Sequence record: MK620896.1
Source of the DNA: Streptomyces phage Circinus
DNA length: 32,000 nucleotides
Strand: one strand, 5' to 3'
Part shown: one piece after another, positions 7,813 to 14,955 of the stretch
How positions within the stretch are numbered: the stretch's first letter is position 1
Layout of the letters: every line of letters starts with the position of its first letter
Notes under the pieces: model-generated
Seen by the model: the letters and a program-made list of their open reading frames with translations, nothing else
Told to the model about the DNA's origin: nothing
Database searches by the model: none
Program-made: the position numbers and the translations under genes

Positions 7813-9621
7813 ATGTCCTTCGACTTTAATGAACTACTCAACATGCTCGACGGCGAGGACTTCGATGAGCGCCCGGTTTCAATCGAAGAATTCGTGCAGT
7901 CCGAGGATTATATGGGTCTGCCAGCTCTATCCGAGAACCAGTACAAGCTAATCAAGGCGTCCAGCCAAATTTACAAGCGGTCTACACTCGTATCCTTGTA
8001 CGGTGAGGAAGAGGCAGAGCGCCGGTTTGCTGAGACCATGAACGAGGTCATCTTCCAGCTAGGCAAGGGAAGCGGTAAGGGCTACACGTCGTCTATCGCG
8101 TGTGCCTACATCGTGTATCTGCTGATGTGCCTAAAGGACCCGGCCAAGTATTACGGCAAGCCCCCTGGCGACCACATCGCAATTCTGAACATCGCTATTA
8201 ACGCTGCACAGGCGCAGAACGTCTTCTTCAAGTATTTCAAGCAGCGTATTACCTCCAGCCCGTGGTTTGTCGGCAAGTACACCGAGAAGGCTGGCGAATT
8301 CCAGTTCGACAAGAACGTCTTTGTTTACTCCGGTCACTCCGAGCGTGAGGCTTGGGAGGGTTACAACGTTATCTTCGTAATCCTTGACGAGATTTCCGGT
8401 TTTGCTCTTGAGTCCACCTCGGGTAACGAGCAGGCAAAGACAGCTTCCGCTGTGTACAAGATGTACAAGCAGTCGGTTACGTCGCGATTCCCGGAATTCG
8501 GAAAGGTAGTTCTCCTCTCCTTCCCCCGATTCAAGAACGACTTTATCCAGCAGCGTTACGCAGATGTTATTGCCGAGAAGGAGGTGCTTATTCGTAAGCA
8601 CACCTTTAAGGTGGTCGCTGACTTGCCTGACGGTACTGAGGGAAATGAGTTCGATATCGAGTGGGAAGAGGACCACATCATCTCGTATCGAATTCCTAAA
8701 ATCTTCGCGCTCAAGCGTCCGACGTGGGAAATCAACCCGCTCATCAAGCTCGATGACCTGATGGCTGCGTTCTACGACGACCCGATTGACTCGCTCTCTC
8801 GTTTCGCGTGTATGCCACCTGACGCCATCGACGCCTTCTTCAAGGACCGCGCCAAGATTGAGACAGCTTTTTCTAAGCAGTCGTCTTTGAACGAGGACAA
8901 CTCGTTCCGGGAGTCATTTGTTCCGGACCCAGAAAAGCGTTACTACGTCCACGTTGACCTTGCGCGTGTCCACGACCATGCGGCAGTTGCCCTAGCTCAC
9001 GTCGAAAAGTGGGAGCAGCGCAATATCGGTGGCAAGCTCACCGAGCCAGCTCCGGTGGTTGTGGTTGACCAGGTTCGCTACTGGACGCCATCGAAGACGA
9101 AGAACGTAGACTTTACTGAGATTCGCGAATATATCCTGAGCCTCAAGAGGCGCGGGTTCAATATTCGTCTCGTTACATTTGACCGCTGGGAGTCTGCTGA
9201 CACCATGCAGTACCTCAACGAGCGTGGCATGAAGGCCGAACGACTGTCGGTAGCAAAGAAGCATTACGAGGACTTTGCAATGGTTATTGCTGAGGAGCGA
9301 GTTACCGGCCCTCAGATTGAGCTTCTGATTGAGGAGCTTTTGCAGCTTCGCATTATGAAGAACGACCGAGTTGACCACCCTCGTAAGGGTTCAAAGGACC
9401 TTTCCGACGCGGTTTGTGGAGCTATCTATAACGCTATTGCACATACGCCAAGGAATGCTGACGAGGTTATTGAGGTCAAGACGCTGGAGTCTCTAAAGAG
9501 GGAGATTCGTCGTAACGAGCTGGAGGAGGAGCCTGTGAAGAATAACAATGTCATCTCAGCTCCGAAGCGCTCGATGCCACCAGAGCTAGAGAACTTCCTG
9601 GCAAGGTTGAAGGTTCTTTGA
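7813..9621 (+). CDS. terminase large subunit
   Basis: 602 aa. Walker A QLGKGSGKG, Walker B-like VIFVILDE, and a C-terminal RNase H-like nuclease region (HVDLA ... DH). Confidence 0.9.
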   Translation: MSFDFNELLNMLDGEDFDERPVSIEEFVQSEDYMGLPALSENQYKLIKASSQIYKRSTLVSLYGEEEAERRFAETMNEVIFQLGKGSGKGYTSSIACAYIVYLLMCLKDPAKYYGKPPGDHIAILNIAINAAQAQNVFFKYFKQRITSSPWFVGKYTEKAGEFQFDKNVFVYSGHSEREAWEGYNVIFVILDEISGFALESTSGNEQAKTASAVYKMYKQSVTSRFPEFGKVVLLSFPRFKNDFIQQRYADVIAEKEVLIRKHTFKVVADLPDGTEGNEFDIEWEEDHIISYRIPKIFALKRPTWEINPLIKLDDLMAAFYDDPIDSLSRFACMPPDAIDAFFKDRAKIETAFSKQSSLNEDNSFRESFVPDPEKRYYVHVDLARVHDHAAVALAHVEKWEQRNIGGKLTEPAPVVVVDQVRYWTPSKTKNVDFTEIREYILSLKRRGFNIRLVTFDRWESADTMQYLNERGMKAERLSVAKKHYEDFAMVIAEERVTGPQIELLIEELLQLRIMKNDRVDHPRKGSKDLSDAVCGAIYNAIAHTPRNADEVIEVKTLESLKREIRRNELEEEPVKNNNVISAPKRSMPPELENFLARLKVL

Positions 9622-9630
9622 GACAGGGGG

Positions 9631-9660
9631 TTGACAAGCCCCCGTCTCTCTGGTTAGACT
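9631..9660 (+). promoter_or_regulatory. promoter TTGACA-N18-TAGACT
   Basis: The -35 box lies in the loop of the post-terminase hairpin (GAGACAGGGGG / CCCCCGTCTC). Confidence 0.5.
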
Positions 9661-9690
9661 ATCTTTTAAGAAAGAAGAAAAAACAAAGAG

Positions 9691-9936
9691 ATGAATATTA
9701 ACCTTATTAAGAAGGATGAAGGAATATGTGAGTGTGTAGGTAAGCATATTCCTCTACCTCACAAGCTGTTCAGGGTTGTAGAGGGAGACGTGACGGTAGA
9801 AATCTGTCCCAACGCCCTCATGAACCTGCTAAGCTTGATGGAAGAACACCAGAAGCACGGTGGCAATCCGCCGGGTTCTGTGCGAAAGCATTACTCAGAG
9901 TTTATCCATGATATCTACTCCCTGCTATACTTGTAG
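9691..9936 (+). CDS. hypothetical protein
   Basis: 81-aa ORF downstream of promoter 9631-9660. Noticeably more AT-rich than its neighbours. Confidence 0.6.
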   Translation: MNINLIKKDEGICECVGKHIPLPHKLFRVVEGDVTVEICPNALMNLLSLMEEHQKHGGNPPGSVRKHYSEFIHDIYSLLYL

Positions 9937-9953
9937 TAAGGAGGTAGTTATAT

Positions 9954-10661
9954 ATGACTCGTGTTCTAAACCGTCTTGTCCAGTTCGATGAGCGAAGCAA
10001 GGCGTATCGTGCCGTCGAAGGCATTGAAACTAAGCCACTCAGGTCTTACTCTTGGCGTTGTAACGCTTGGAACGACCAGGGCAAGGAAGGCGCTTGTGTA
10101 GGATTCGCCTGGTCACATGAGCTAGCCGCAAGGCCAGCCGAGTACCCAGCAGATGCTACAGTAGCTCTAAATATTTATCACCGAGCTAAGCAGCTTGACG
10201 AGTTCCCCGGCGAGAGTTACGATGGAACAAGCGTCCTCGCAGGAGCCAAGGCGTGCCAGGAACTAATCGGTTCTCACGGCAAGCCACTGATTGGTGAGTA
10301 CCGCTGGGCCTTCGGCATCGAAGACCTTCTACGTTCTCTTGCCTACAAGGGTCCTGCTGTGCTAGGAATTAACTGGCACGAAGGAATGTGGCAGCCAGAC
10401 GCCAACGGCTTTATTCACCCAACGGGTAGCGTTGTTGGTGGTCACGCTATTTTGGCGCGGGCTGTCCGAATCGTATGGCGTAACGGCCATGGCCCTGCTA
10501 ACATGGATAACGTAGACGTTCAGAAGTCCTATGTCACTCTAAGGAATTCCTGGGGTAGGGACTGGGGCCTAGGCGGCGATTGCCGAATCTCGGTTCTAGA
10601 GCTTAATGCACTGCTTCGCGAACAGGGTGAAGCTTGCATTCCAGTTGTTCGTTCCACGTAA
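9954..10661 (+). CDS. papain-family (C1-like) cysteine peptidase
   Basis: QGKEGACVGFAWS (oxyanion Gln plus catalytic Cys), GGHAIL (His) and LRNSWGRDWGLGG (Asn/Trp), in canonical C1 order. RBS is AAGGAGG. Confidence 0.8.
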   Translation: MTRVLNRLVQFDERSKAYRAVEGIETKPLRSYSWRCNAWNDQGKEGACVGFAWSHELAARPAEYPADATVALNIYHRAKQLDEFPGESYDGTSVLAGAKACQELIGSHGKPLIGEYRWAFGIEDLLRSLAYKGPAVLGINWHEGMWQPDANGFIHPTGSVVGGHAILARAVRIVWRNGHGPANMDNVDVQKSYVTLRNSWGRDWGLGGDCRISVLELNALLREQGEACIPVVRST

Positions 10662-10670
10662 GGAGAAGTA

Positions 10671-10931
10671 ATGTCCACTGCTGATGAGCGTTATGAGCTG
10701 GCTCGTAGCGCGACCGACAAGATGGTTGACCTGGCTGAGACGTTCAACCAGATTGGCATTTACGGTGAGGACGAGTTCAAGGCGGCGGCTACGCTGCTGA
10801 TGTCTCTTTCTCGTGCCATGACCATCCTTGACCCTGATAAGGCCAAGGAGTACCGTGAAAGCGTTCTTGCTCAGCACGGTCTTGGTAAGGCACCTGGCGG
10901 TATTGATTTTGCAGGTGGCCAGTATCTCTGA
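10671..10931 (+). CDS. hypothetical protein
   Basis: 86-aa ORF preceded by AAGGAGAAG. Confidence 0.7.
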   Translation: MSTADERYELARSATDKMVDLAETFNQIGIYGEDEFKAAATLLMSLSRAMTILDPDKAKEYRESVLAQHGLGKAPGGIDFAGGQYL

Positions 10932-10932
10932 G

Positions 10933-10962
10933 TTGACACGGCTCAGAATAATGTGTTAGTAT
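10933..10962 (+). promoter_or_regulatory. promoter TTGACA-N18-TAGTAT driving the tRNA-Pro pair
   Basis: Consensus -35 hexamer, about 35 nt upstream of the first tRNA. Confidence 0.65.
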
Positions 10963-10997
10963 TAAAGAGTTGGAGCCGCTCTCAATAATGGCTCTAT

Positions 10998-11069
10998 CGG
11001 GTACGAGGAAGACGGTAATCCGCTAGTTTTGGGAACTAGAGACACTGGGTTCGACCCCCAGGTACCCGA
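10998..11069 (+). tRNA. tRNA-Pro (TGG), copy 1
   Basis: Acceptor CGGGTAC/GTACCCG, anticodon stem CTAGT/ACTAG with loop TTTGGGA, T-arm CTGGG-TTCGACC-CCCAG. Confidence 0.85.
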
Positions 11070-11070
11070 C

Positions 11071-11145
11071 CGGGATGTAGCTCAGCTTGGTCAGAGCGCT
11101 GCATTTGGGATGCAGAAGTCGAAGGTTCGAATCCTTTCATCCCGA
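11071..11145 (+). tRNA. tRNA-Pro (TGG), copy 2
   Basis: Acceptor CGGGATG/CATCCCG, D-arm GCTCAGCTTGGTCAGAGC, anticodon stem CTGCA/TGCAG with loop TTTGGGA, T-loop TTCGAAT. Confidence 0.9.
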
Positions 11146-11150
11146 CTCCA

Positions 11151-11186
11151 AGGGAGCTGTTATTAACTTAACAGCTCCCTATTTTT
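11151..11186 (+). terminator. intrinsic terminator after the tRNA-Pro pair
   Basis: 11-bp perfect stem AGGGAGCTGTT/AACAGCTCCCT followed by ATTTTT. Confidence 0.8.
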
Positions 11187-11192
11187 ATATCC

Positions 11193-11756
11193 ATGACAGG
11201 GAGAGTGATACCCGTGTCTGTACGGGAAGGAAAACAAGGGAGGGACAGGTCACCATCTCGGCAAGATACAATTAAGAGGCTGAGAGAAATATGGGGGCCA
11301 GATTGCTTCCTATGCGGAAATCCGTTCGCAAGCGATTCAGATATCACCATCGAGCACTGGTTCCCCCAGGCCGAAGGCAAGAGGCGTGGTTGGTCTTATG
11401 ACAAGATTAACCACATTGACAATTTGAGGCTTGCGCACAAGCCATGCAACTCGGCCAAGGGTGATATCGTTCCTAACGAGGACGGAACCCTTCCCGAGCG
11501 GCAGGTGAAGCAAAGGGTTATCAGGACTCCACGGCCAGACCGCTGTGAGACCTGTGAAAACGGCCGGTTGCTTCTGATTAACGAGCTGTGCGATGATTGT
11601 GGTTCAGGACCACAGCCTAAGTCAGCTCCCAAGGCGACACAAAAGACGCCAAAGGAATGTAGCCACTCAGGTGTTGACCACTGCTGGATGTGCTTCATTG
11701 GTCACGTACCAAGGAAGTCTGCACTAGAAGTGATTATCACAGGAGAAAGTTCCTGA
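11193..11756 (+). CDS. HNH endonuclease
   Basis: CFLCG ... ITIEHWFP ... NLRLAHKPCNSAKG (H-N-H with a CxxC zinc site), plus a C-terminal CETC...CDDC ribbon. Confidence 0.8.
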   Translation: MTGRVIPVSVREGKQGRDRSPSRQDTIKRLREIWGPDCFLCGNPFASDSDITIEHWFPQAEGKRRGWSYDKINHIDNLRLAHKPCNSAKGDIVPNEDGTLPERQVKQRVIRTPRPDRCETCENGRLLLINELCDDCGSGPQPKSAPKATQKTPKECSHSGVDHCWMCFIGHVPRKSALEVIITGESS

Positions 11757-11766
11757 GATTTTTGAG

Positions 11767-11803
11767 GGGGTTTCGTAATGTCTACGGAGCCCCTTCAAGC
11801 TTT
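11767..11803 (+). terminator. hairpin (11 bp, two G-U) followed by TTCAAGCTTT
   Basis: GGGGTTTCGTA/TACGGAGCCCC, after the HNH gene. Confidence 0.5.
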
Positions 11804-11820
11804 CCTACGATGGAGGTAAC

Positions 11821-12246
11821 ATGGGTTACTACTCTGACTACGAGCTGGAGCTTAGGGGCAAGGGACCTATCTACAACCGGCTCAAGGATAATGCGCACAA
11901 CATCGACGCGGCGGGTGTGTATAATCGTTCCCTAGAGGAGCTGATTAACGATGGTCTGTACGAGGTCAAGTGGTATTCTCATGCTGAGGATATTGCGGCC
12001 ATCTCGAAGGACTGGCCCAACGTGATGTTTGTTCTCTCTGCTGTTGGCGAGGACAACGAGCGCTGGCGGGTGTATGCCATGAATGGTAAGCACCAGAAGG
12101 TCAACGGTCGCACGGTCTACGATGACCCGGACATGTCTCAGTTCGATTATCTTGACGAGGCAGAGATTCAGGCCAAGGAGGAGCGTAAGGCAGAGCTGAA
12201 AGCGATGCTCAAGAAGGTACAAGACGAACTTGACAGCCTTGGCTAA
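11821..12246 (+). CDS. hypothetical protein
   Basis: 141-aa ORF preceded by GGAGG, with a C-terminal coiled-coil-like EERKAELKAMLKK. Confidence 0.75.
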   Translation: MGYYSDYELELRGKGPIYNRLKDNAHNIDAAGVYNRSLEELINDGLYEVKWYSHAEDIAAISKDWPNVMFVLSAVGEDNERWRVYAMNGKHQKVNGRTVYDDPDMSQFDYLDEAEIQAKEERKAELKAMLKKVQDELDSLG

Positions 12247-12289
12247 CTACGATATATTTAATACATAAGCACACGGGCTTCGGCCCTAT

Positions 12290-12364
12290 TGCCCACTAGC
12301 ACAATTTGGCAGTTGCGCTCGGCTCTGACCCGAGAGGTTCTAGGTTCGAATCCTAGGTGGGCAG
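12290..12364 (+). tRNA. tRNA-Gln (CTG)
   Basis: Acceptor TGCCCAC/GTGGGCA, anticodon stem CTCGG/CCGAG with loop CTCTGAC, T-arm CTAGG-TTCGAAT-CCTAG. Confidence 0.85.
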
Positions 12365-12376
12365 CTCGTAACACTT

Positions 12377-12447
12377 ATCCGCTTCGTATAATGGTAGTAC
12401 AAGAGATTCCAAACCTCTTAGCGTGGGTTCGATTCCTACAGCGGGTG
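12377..12447 (+). tRNA. tRNA-Trp (CCA)
   Basis: Acceptor ATCCGCT/AGCGGGT (one G-U), anticodon loop TTCCAAA (the stem has one A-C mismatch), T-arm GTGGG-TTCGATT-CCTAC. Confidence 0.8.
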
Positions 12448-12475
12448 CTCGACTTCCAATCAAGGAGGTAATAAT

Positions 12476-12559
12476 ATGAAGGCTCTAGTGAAGTGGTTCG
12501 TCGCTTCAAAGGTTTTCGAAAAGCTACTTGCCAAGTGGCGCAGCCGCAAGGTAAGATAA
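12476..12559 (+). CDS. micro-ORF, basic amphipathic peptide (27 aa)
   Basis: A perfect AAGGAGG lies 8 nt upstream of ATG 12476. Peptide is MKALVKWFVASKVFEKLLAKWRSRKVR. It sits between tRNA-Trp and tRNA-Ile. Confidence 0.4.
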   Translation: MKALVKWFVASKVFEKLLAKWRSRKVR

Positions 12560-12589
12560 GAATATGGCTGGCAACCTACTGCCAACCAA

Positions 12590-12663
12590 TGGGGTATAGC
12601 TCAGGTGGTTAGAGCGCTTCGCTGATAACGAAGAAGTCGGGGGTTCAACTCCCTCTGCCCCAA
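12590..12663 (+). tRNA. tRNA-Ile (GAT)
   Basis: Acceptor TGGGGTA/TGCCCCA, anticodon stem CTTCG/CGAAG with loop CTGATAA, T-arm GGGGG-TTCAACT-CCCTC. Confidence 0.85.
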
Positions 12664-12667
12664 CTCT

Positions 12668-12754
12668 GGAAGTGTGGCCGAGTCCGGTTTATGGCGCTAG
12701 TCTTGAAAACTAGAGTGGGTAACACCACCGGGGGTTCGAATCCCTCCGCTTCCG
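12668..12754 (+). tRNA. tRNA-Ser (TGA), class II
   Basis: Acceptor GGAAGTG/CGCTTCC, anticodon stem CTAGT/ACTAG with loop CTTGAAA, long variable arm, T-arm GGGGG-TTCGAAT-CCCTC. Confidence 0.9.
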
Positions 12755-12764
12755 CTCCAAACAT

Positions 12765-12837
12765 GCTCGTGTGGTGTAACGGTGTGCACAATTCCCTGTC
12801 AAGGAATAGGCAGCGGGTTCAACTCCCGTCACGAGCG
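12765..12837 (+). tRNA. tRNA-Asp (GTC)
   Basis: Acceptor GCTCGTG/CACGAGC, anticodon stem ATTCC/GGAAT with loop CTGTCAA, T-arm GCGGG-TTCAACT-CCCGT. Confidence 0.9.
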
Positions 12838-12871
12838 CTTTACGCTGTTGTAGTCTAGACTAAGGAATAAC

Positions 12872-13075
12872 ATGGCCCGAGTGAAGAAGTTCGACCTCAA
12901 GCCTCTGGACAAGGACAACCATTTTTCGGCGGTTGTGAACGGTAAGTTTCGCGGCCTGGTTGAGAAGTCTGGACGGTCGAATTACGCTCTGATGCTGGGT
13001 AAGAAGAACCTGATTAACTTCACCAGCAAGAAGTCCCTTGAAGACTGGCTGCTTGCTAAGTGGCCTAACAAGTAA
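12872..13075 (+). CDS. hypothetical protein
   Basis: 67-aa ORF preceded by TAAGGAA and followed by terminator 13110-13133. Confidence 0.7.
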   Translation: MARVKKFDLKPLDKDNHFSAVVNGKFRGLVEKSGRSNYALMLGKKNLINFTSKKSLEDWLLAKWPNK

Positions 13076-13109
13076 ATATCGCGATAACTGAATAATAAGA
13101 GAATAACCT

Positions 13110-13138
13110 AAGCCCCTAAGAAATTAGGGGCTTTTCTT
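13110..13138 (+). terminator. intrinsic terminator
   Basis: 10-bp stem AAGCCCCTAA/TTAGGGGCTT followed by TTCTT. Confidence 0.7.
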
Positions 13139-13165
13139 ATGACTAAATCGTGAAAGGGATAAGCC

Positions 13166-13342
13166 GTGGAGCGCGAGCGCAAGCCTGAGATTGCTGTGAA
13201 CCTCGTTCGCAAGAGCAACGAGGAGTATTACCGGATTGTCGATGACCAGGAGATGTTCCTGCTCAAGGCTCGTGGCAACGTCCACTTCGAGAAGGCGCGC
13301 TTCGACAAGGGCCGTGTGGGCTCTTTCTACGTCGAGATGTAA
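13166..13342 (+). CDS. hypothetical protein (58 aa)
   Basis: GTG 13166 after GAAAGGGA, running to TAA 13340-13342, followed by hairpin 13350-13367. Not in the ORF track because it is under 60 aa. Confidence 0.5.
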   Translation: MERERKPEIAVNLVRKSNEEYYRIVDDQEMFLLKARGNVHFEKARFDKGRVGSFYVEM

Positions 13343-13349
13343 TTTCTCG

Positions 13350-13374
13350 GCCGGGTTTCGGCCCGGCAAGCTTT
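13350..13374 (+). terminator. hairpin GCCGGG/CCCGGC followed by AAGCTTT
   Basis: Read directly from the sequence. Confidence 0.5.
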
Positions 13375-13401
13375 ATTGTCCCCACTCATAAGGAGCCAGA
13401 C

Positions 13402-13638
13402 ATGGCTGAGGGTTGGAAGAAGAGGATGTACGAGTCCCTGGCAGAGATGCTGAGGGAGGAGCACAACCTTGACGCGGTGGAAGTCACCGAATTTGAGGAC
13501 TACACCGAATATGGCGGGTACTGTGAGACCTGCTACTATGAGGACACGAGGTGCAAGATTTCCTACGTGGACTCCCAGGGGGAGACTCAGACCTACAATT
13601 ATTACGGGTCGTTTGCGGAGCTGGTCGGCTCCATGTAG
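13402..13638 (+). CDS. hypothetical acidic protein
   Basis: 78-aa ORF preceded by AAGGAG. Contains a CETCYYEDTRC motif. Confidence 0.7.
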   Translation: MAEGWKKRMYESLAEMLREEHNLDAVEVTEFEDYTEYGGYCETCYYEDTRCKISYVDSQGETQTYNYYGSFAELVGSM

Positions 13639-13648
13639 CATGGAGAAA

Positions 13649-13691
13649 GCGGGTACGACAGGCTGTATCCCCCGACACCTGTCGTACCCGC
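13649..13691 (+). terminator. 14-bp perfect hairpin with C-rich loop (terminator or RNA structural element)
   Basis: GCGGGTACGACAGG / CCTGTCGTACCCGC, with loop CTGTATCCCCCGACA. No T-run follows. Confidence 0.45.
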
Positions 13692-13775
13692 CTCCTATTC
13701 CCCCGTCAGCGGGCCTCTCGTGGACCCGCTCCCCCTGTGGGCTCCCCCCGGAGCCCGTCCCCCTGAATATCCCCC
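13668..13775 (+). repeat. cluster of six TCCCCC tracts
   Basis: TCCCCC occurs at 13668, 13699, 13730, 13743, 13758 and 13770, with a seventh at 13948. One tract sits in the hairpin GGGCTCC-CCCC-GGAGCCC (13739-13756). Confidence 0.6.
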
Positions 13776-13980
13776 AGGTGCTACGATGTGGGAGTGACAG
13801 GCCGCAGCGGCGGAAGCAACGACTTGACCGCCCCACATCGCGGACAAACCTTCAGCTTGCCGCCTGGCACCACGCGCCAGAGGTGATGCCCGACTGGTAA
13901 ACACTGGTTGGTTCGTCTCATGTGACACAGTTCATCATGGTTTGACATCCCCCGGCAATGGCTAGTATGGACTACTAGAT

Positions 13981-14020
13981 GGGGGTTGACAACCGGTCGG
14001 ATGTGTGGTTGTCAAGCCCC
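13981..14020. promoter_or_regulatory. long inverted repeat GGGGgTTGACAACC-N12-GGTTGTCAAgCCCC
   Basis: 9-bp perfect core arms plus GGGG/CCCC outer pairs. Lies downstream of a TTGACA ... TAGTAT pair at 13942-13968, whose 15-nt spacing is suboptimal. Confidence 0.45.
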
Positions 14021-14063
14021 ATCTCACAAGACGGACAACTGGCTCCCGTGGTACCATTGGGGC

Positions 14064-14204
14064 ATGTCAGACACCCCCGTGTTCGACGCTCTGAGGGCCG
14101 AACGGCCAGACGTGAAGCTCGAACCTCCCCCGCCCCGTCCACGGCTCCTCACGGGCTACGAGTGGCCCAGACCAAGGCCCTGGAGCATCCATGGTGGACA
14201 CTAA
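14064..14204 (+). CDS. possible small Pro-rich ORF (46 aa)
   Basis: ATG 14064 overlaps the next ORF by 14 nt. The RBS is weak and the composition could simply reflect GC-rich non-coding DNA. Confidence 0.3.
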   Translation: MSDTPVFDALRAERPDVKLEPPPPRPRLLTGYEWPRPRPWSIHGGH

Positions 14205-14481
14205 GCTCTGCGACTTCTGTAACGCTCCCAATCCGACCTGGATGGTGCCAGTGGCCCCGTTCAATTTTTTGGGTGGTCGGAGCGTAGACGAATGGCTCGC
14301 GTGTACCCCTTGCGCGGACCTCGTTCGTGCTGGATTGTGGAACCGTCTGCTAGCTCGGGTCATCGAAGCTTGGGACCGTCAACACGACACCCCCATGAAC
14401 GCTGAGATGATTGAGATTATGCGGACGACCTACAAGAAGCTCAGGAAGAACGTAGACGGTCCTCCGGTCAGACTTCTCTGA
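14191..14481 (+). CDS. hypothetical zinc-binding protein (CxxC ... CxxC)
   Basis: 96-aa ORF with CDFC and CTPC pairs, followed by the bidirectional hairpin 14500-14534. Confidence 0.65.
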   Translation: MVDTKLCDFCNAPNPTWMVPVAPFNFLGGRSVDEWLACTPCADLVRAGLWNRLLARVIEAWDRQHDTPMNAEMIEIMRTTYKKLRKNVDGPPVRLL

Positions 14482-14499
14482 GGCACCCACAGGAAAAGC

Positions 14500-14534
14500 G
14501 AACACCCCCGGTTATACCTCTACCGGGGGTGTTC
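14500..14534. terminator. bidirectional hairpin between convergent genes
   Basis: 13-bp perfect stem GAACACCCCCGGT/ACCGGGGGTGTTC, between the + gene ending at 14481 and the - gene ending at 14550. Confidence 0.65.
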
Positions 14535-14549
14535 CTGTGAGCCTGTGTC

Positions 14550-14870
14550 TCAGCGACCGTGGGCCATCTCGTAGGCTTCCATGACGGGCTGAGGGATGCG
14601 TCCCTTAGCGGCAATCTTGAAGCCGTGCTTGGCTGCCCACTTACGGATGTCCTTGAGCTGTTCGCGACGGGTGCCAAGGTCCGTCGTGGTGGCTGTGACA
14701 GTGGCTCGTGACCTAGAGCGGCCGGTTGTGCCAGTGGCAGGAAGCTCCTCCGTCTCTTGCTTCGGCTGCCGGATGTTGGCTGCCCACTTGAGGTAGCGAG
14801 TAGCGTCCTCATCGGTCAAGGTGATTTGAAGGCCCACAGCGTGTCCTTTCGTGGTGGATGTTGGCCCCAC
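14550..14870 (-). CDS. lsr2: Lsr2-like nucleoid-associated protein (xenogeneic silencer family)
   Basis: The C-terminus LKDIRKWAAKHGFKIAAKGRIPQPVMEAYEMA matches the Lsr2 DNA-binding domain with its RGR-type groove-binding motif (here KGRIP). An S/T/R-rich linker is preceded by a beta-strand-like GLQITLTDEDATRYLKW. The start is uncertain: GTG 14870 is the first canonical in-frame start that does not run antisense through tRNA-Arg. Confidence 0.7.
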   Translation of the reverse strand: MGPTSTTKGHAVGLQITLTDEDATRYLKWAANIRQPKQETEELPATGTTGRSRSRATVTATTTDLGTRREQLKDIRKWAAKHGFKIAAKGRIPQPVMEAYEMAHGR

Positions 14871-14955
14871 AATAGCATAGACGTTCGCTTGTGCAAAGTG
14901 CCTAAGCCTTCTCCACAGGTGATTCAGCTCATAGTTTGAGACGGTTCGTCCCGGT

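Noticed and set aside
11087-11275. Track ORFs that lie over tRNA genes (11087-11275, 12289-12471, 17384-17581 5' part, 17755-18201, 17797-17994, 19390-19887, 19958-20212, 20525-20707, 20766-21023 5' part, 30302-30712)
   Set aside because: They are translations through tRNA, tmRNA or spacer sequence on either strand. They give peptides such as GSNP and GFES that come from T-arms, and none has a start signal.
13640-13900. Pro/Arg-rich 86-aa ORF (MEKAGTTGCIPRHLSYPPPIPP...) in the GC-rich island
   Set aside because: It has no RBS, its ATG sits 2 nt after the upstream stop inside a region dominated by hairpins, and its composition is what any frame of C-rich DNA would give. I did not call it as a CDS, but I kept it as the alternative explanation in the finding on this island.
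13942-13968. TTGACA ... TAGTAT as a standard promoter
   Set aside because: The spacer is only 15 nt, and the alternative -10 (TATGGA at 18 nt) is poor. I did not list it as a promoter feature and mention it only as context for the inverted repeat.
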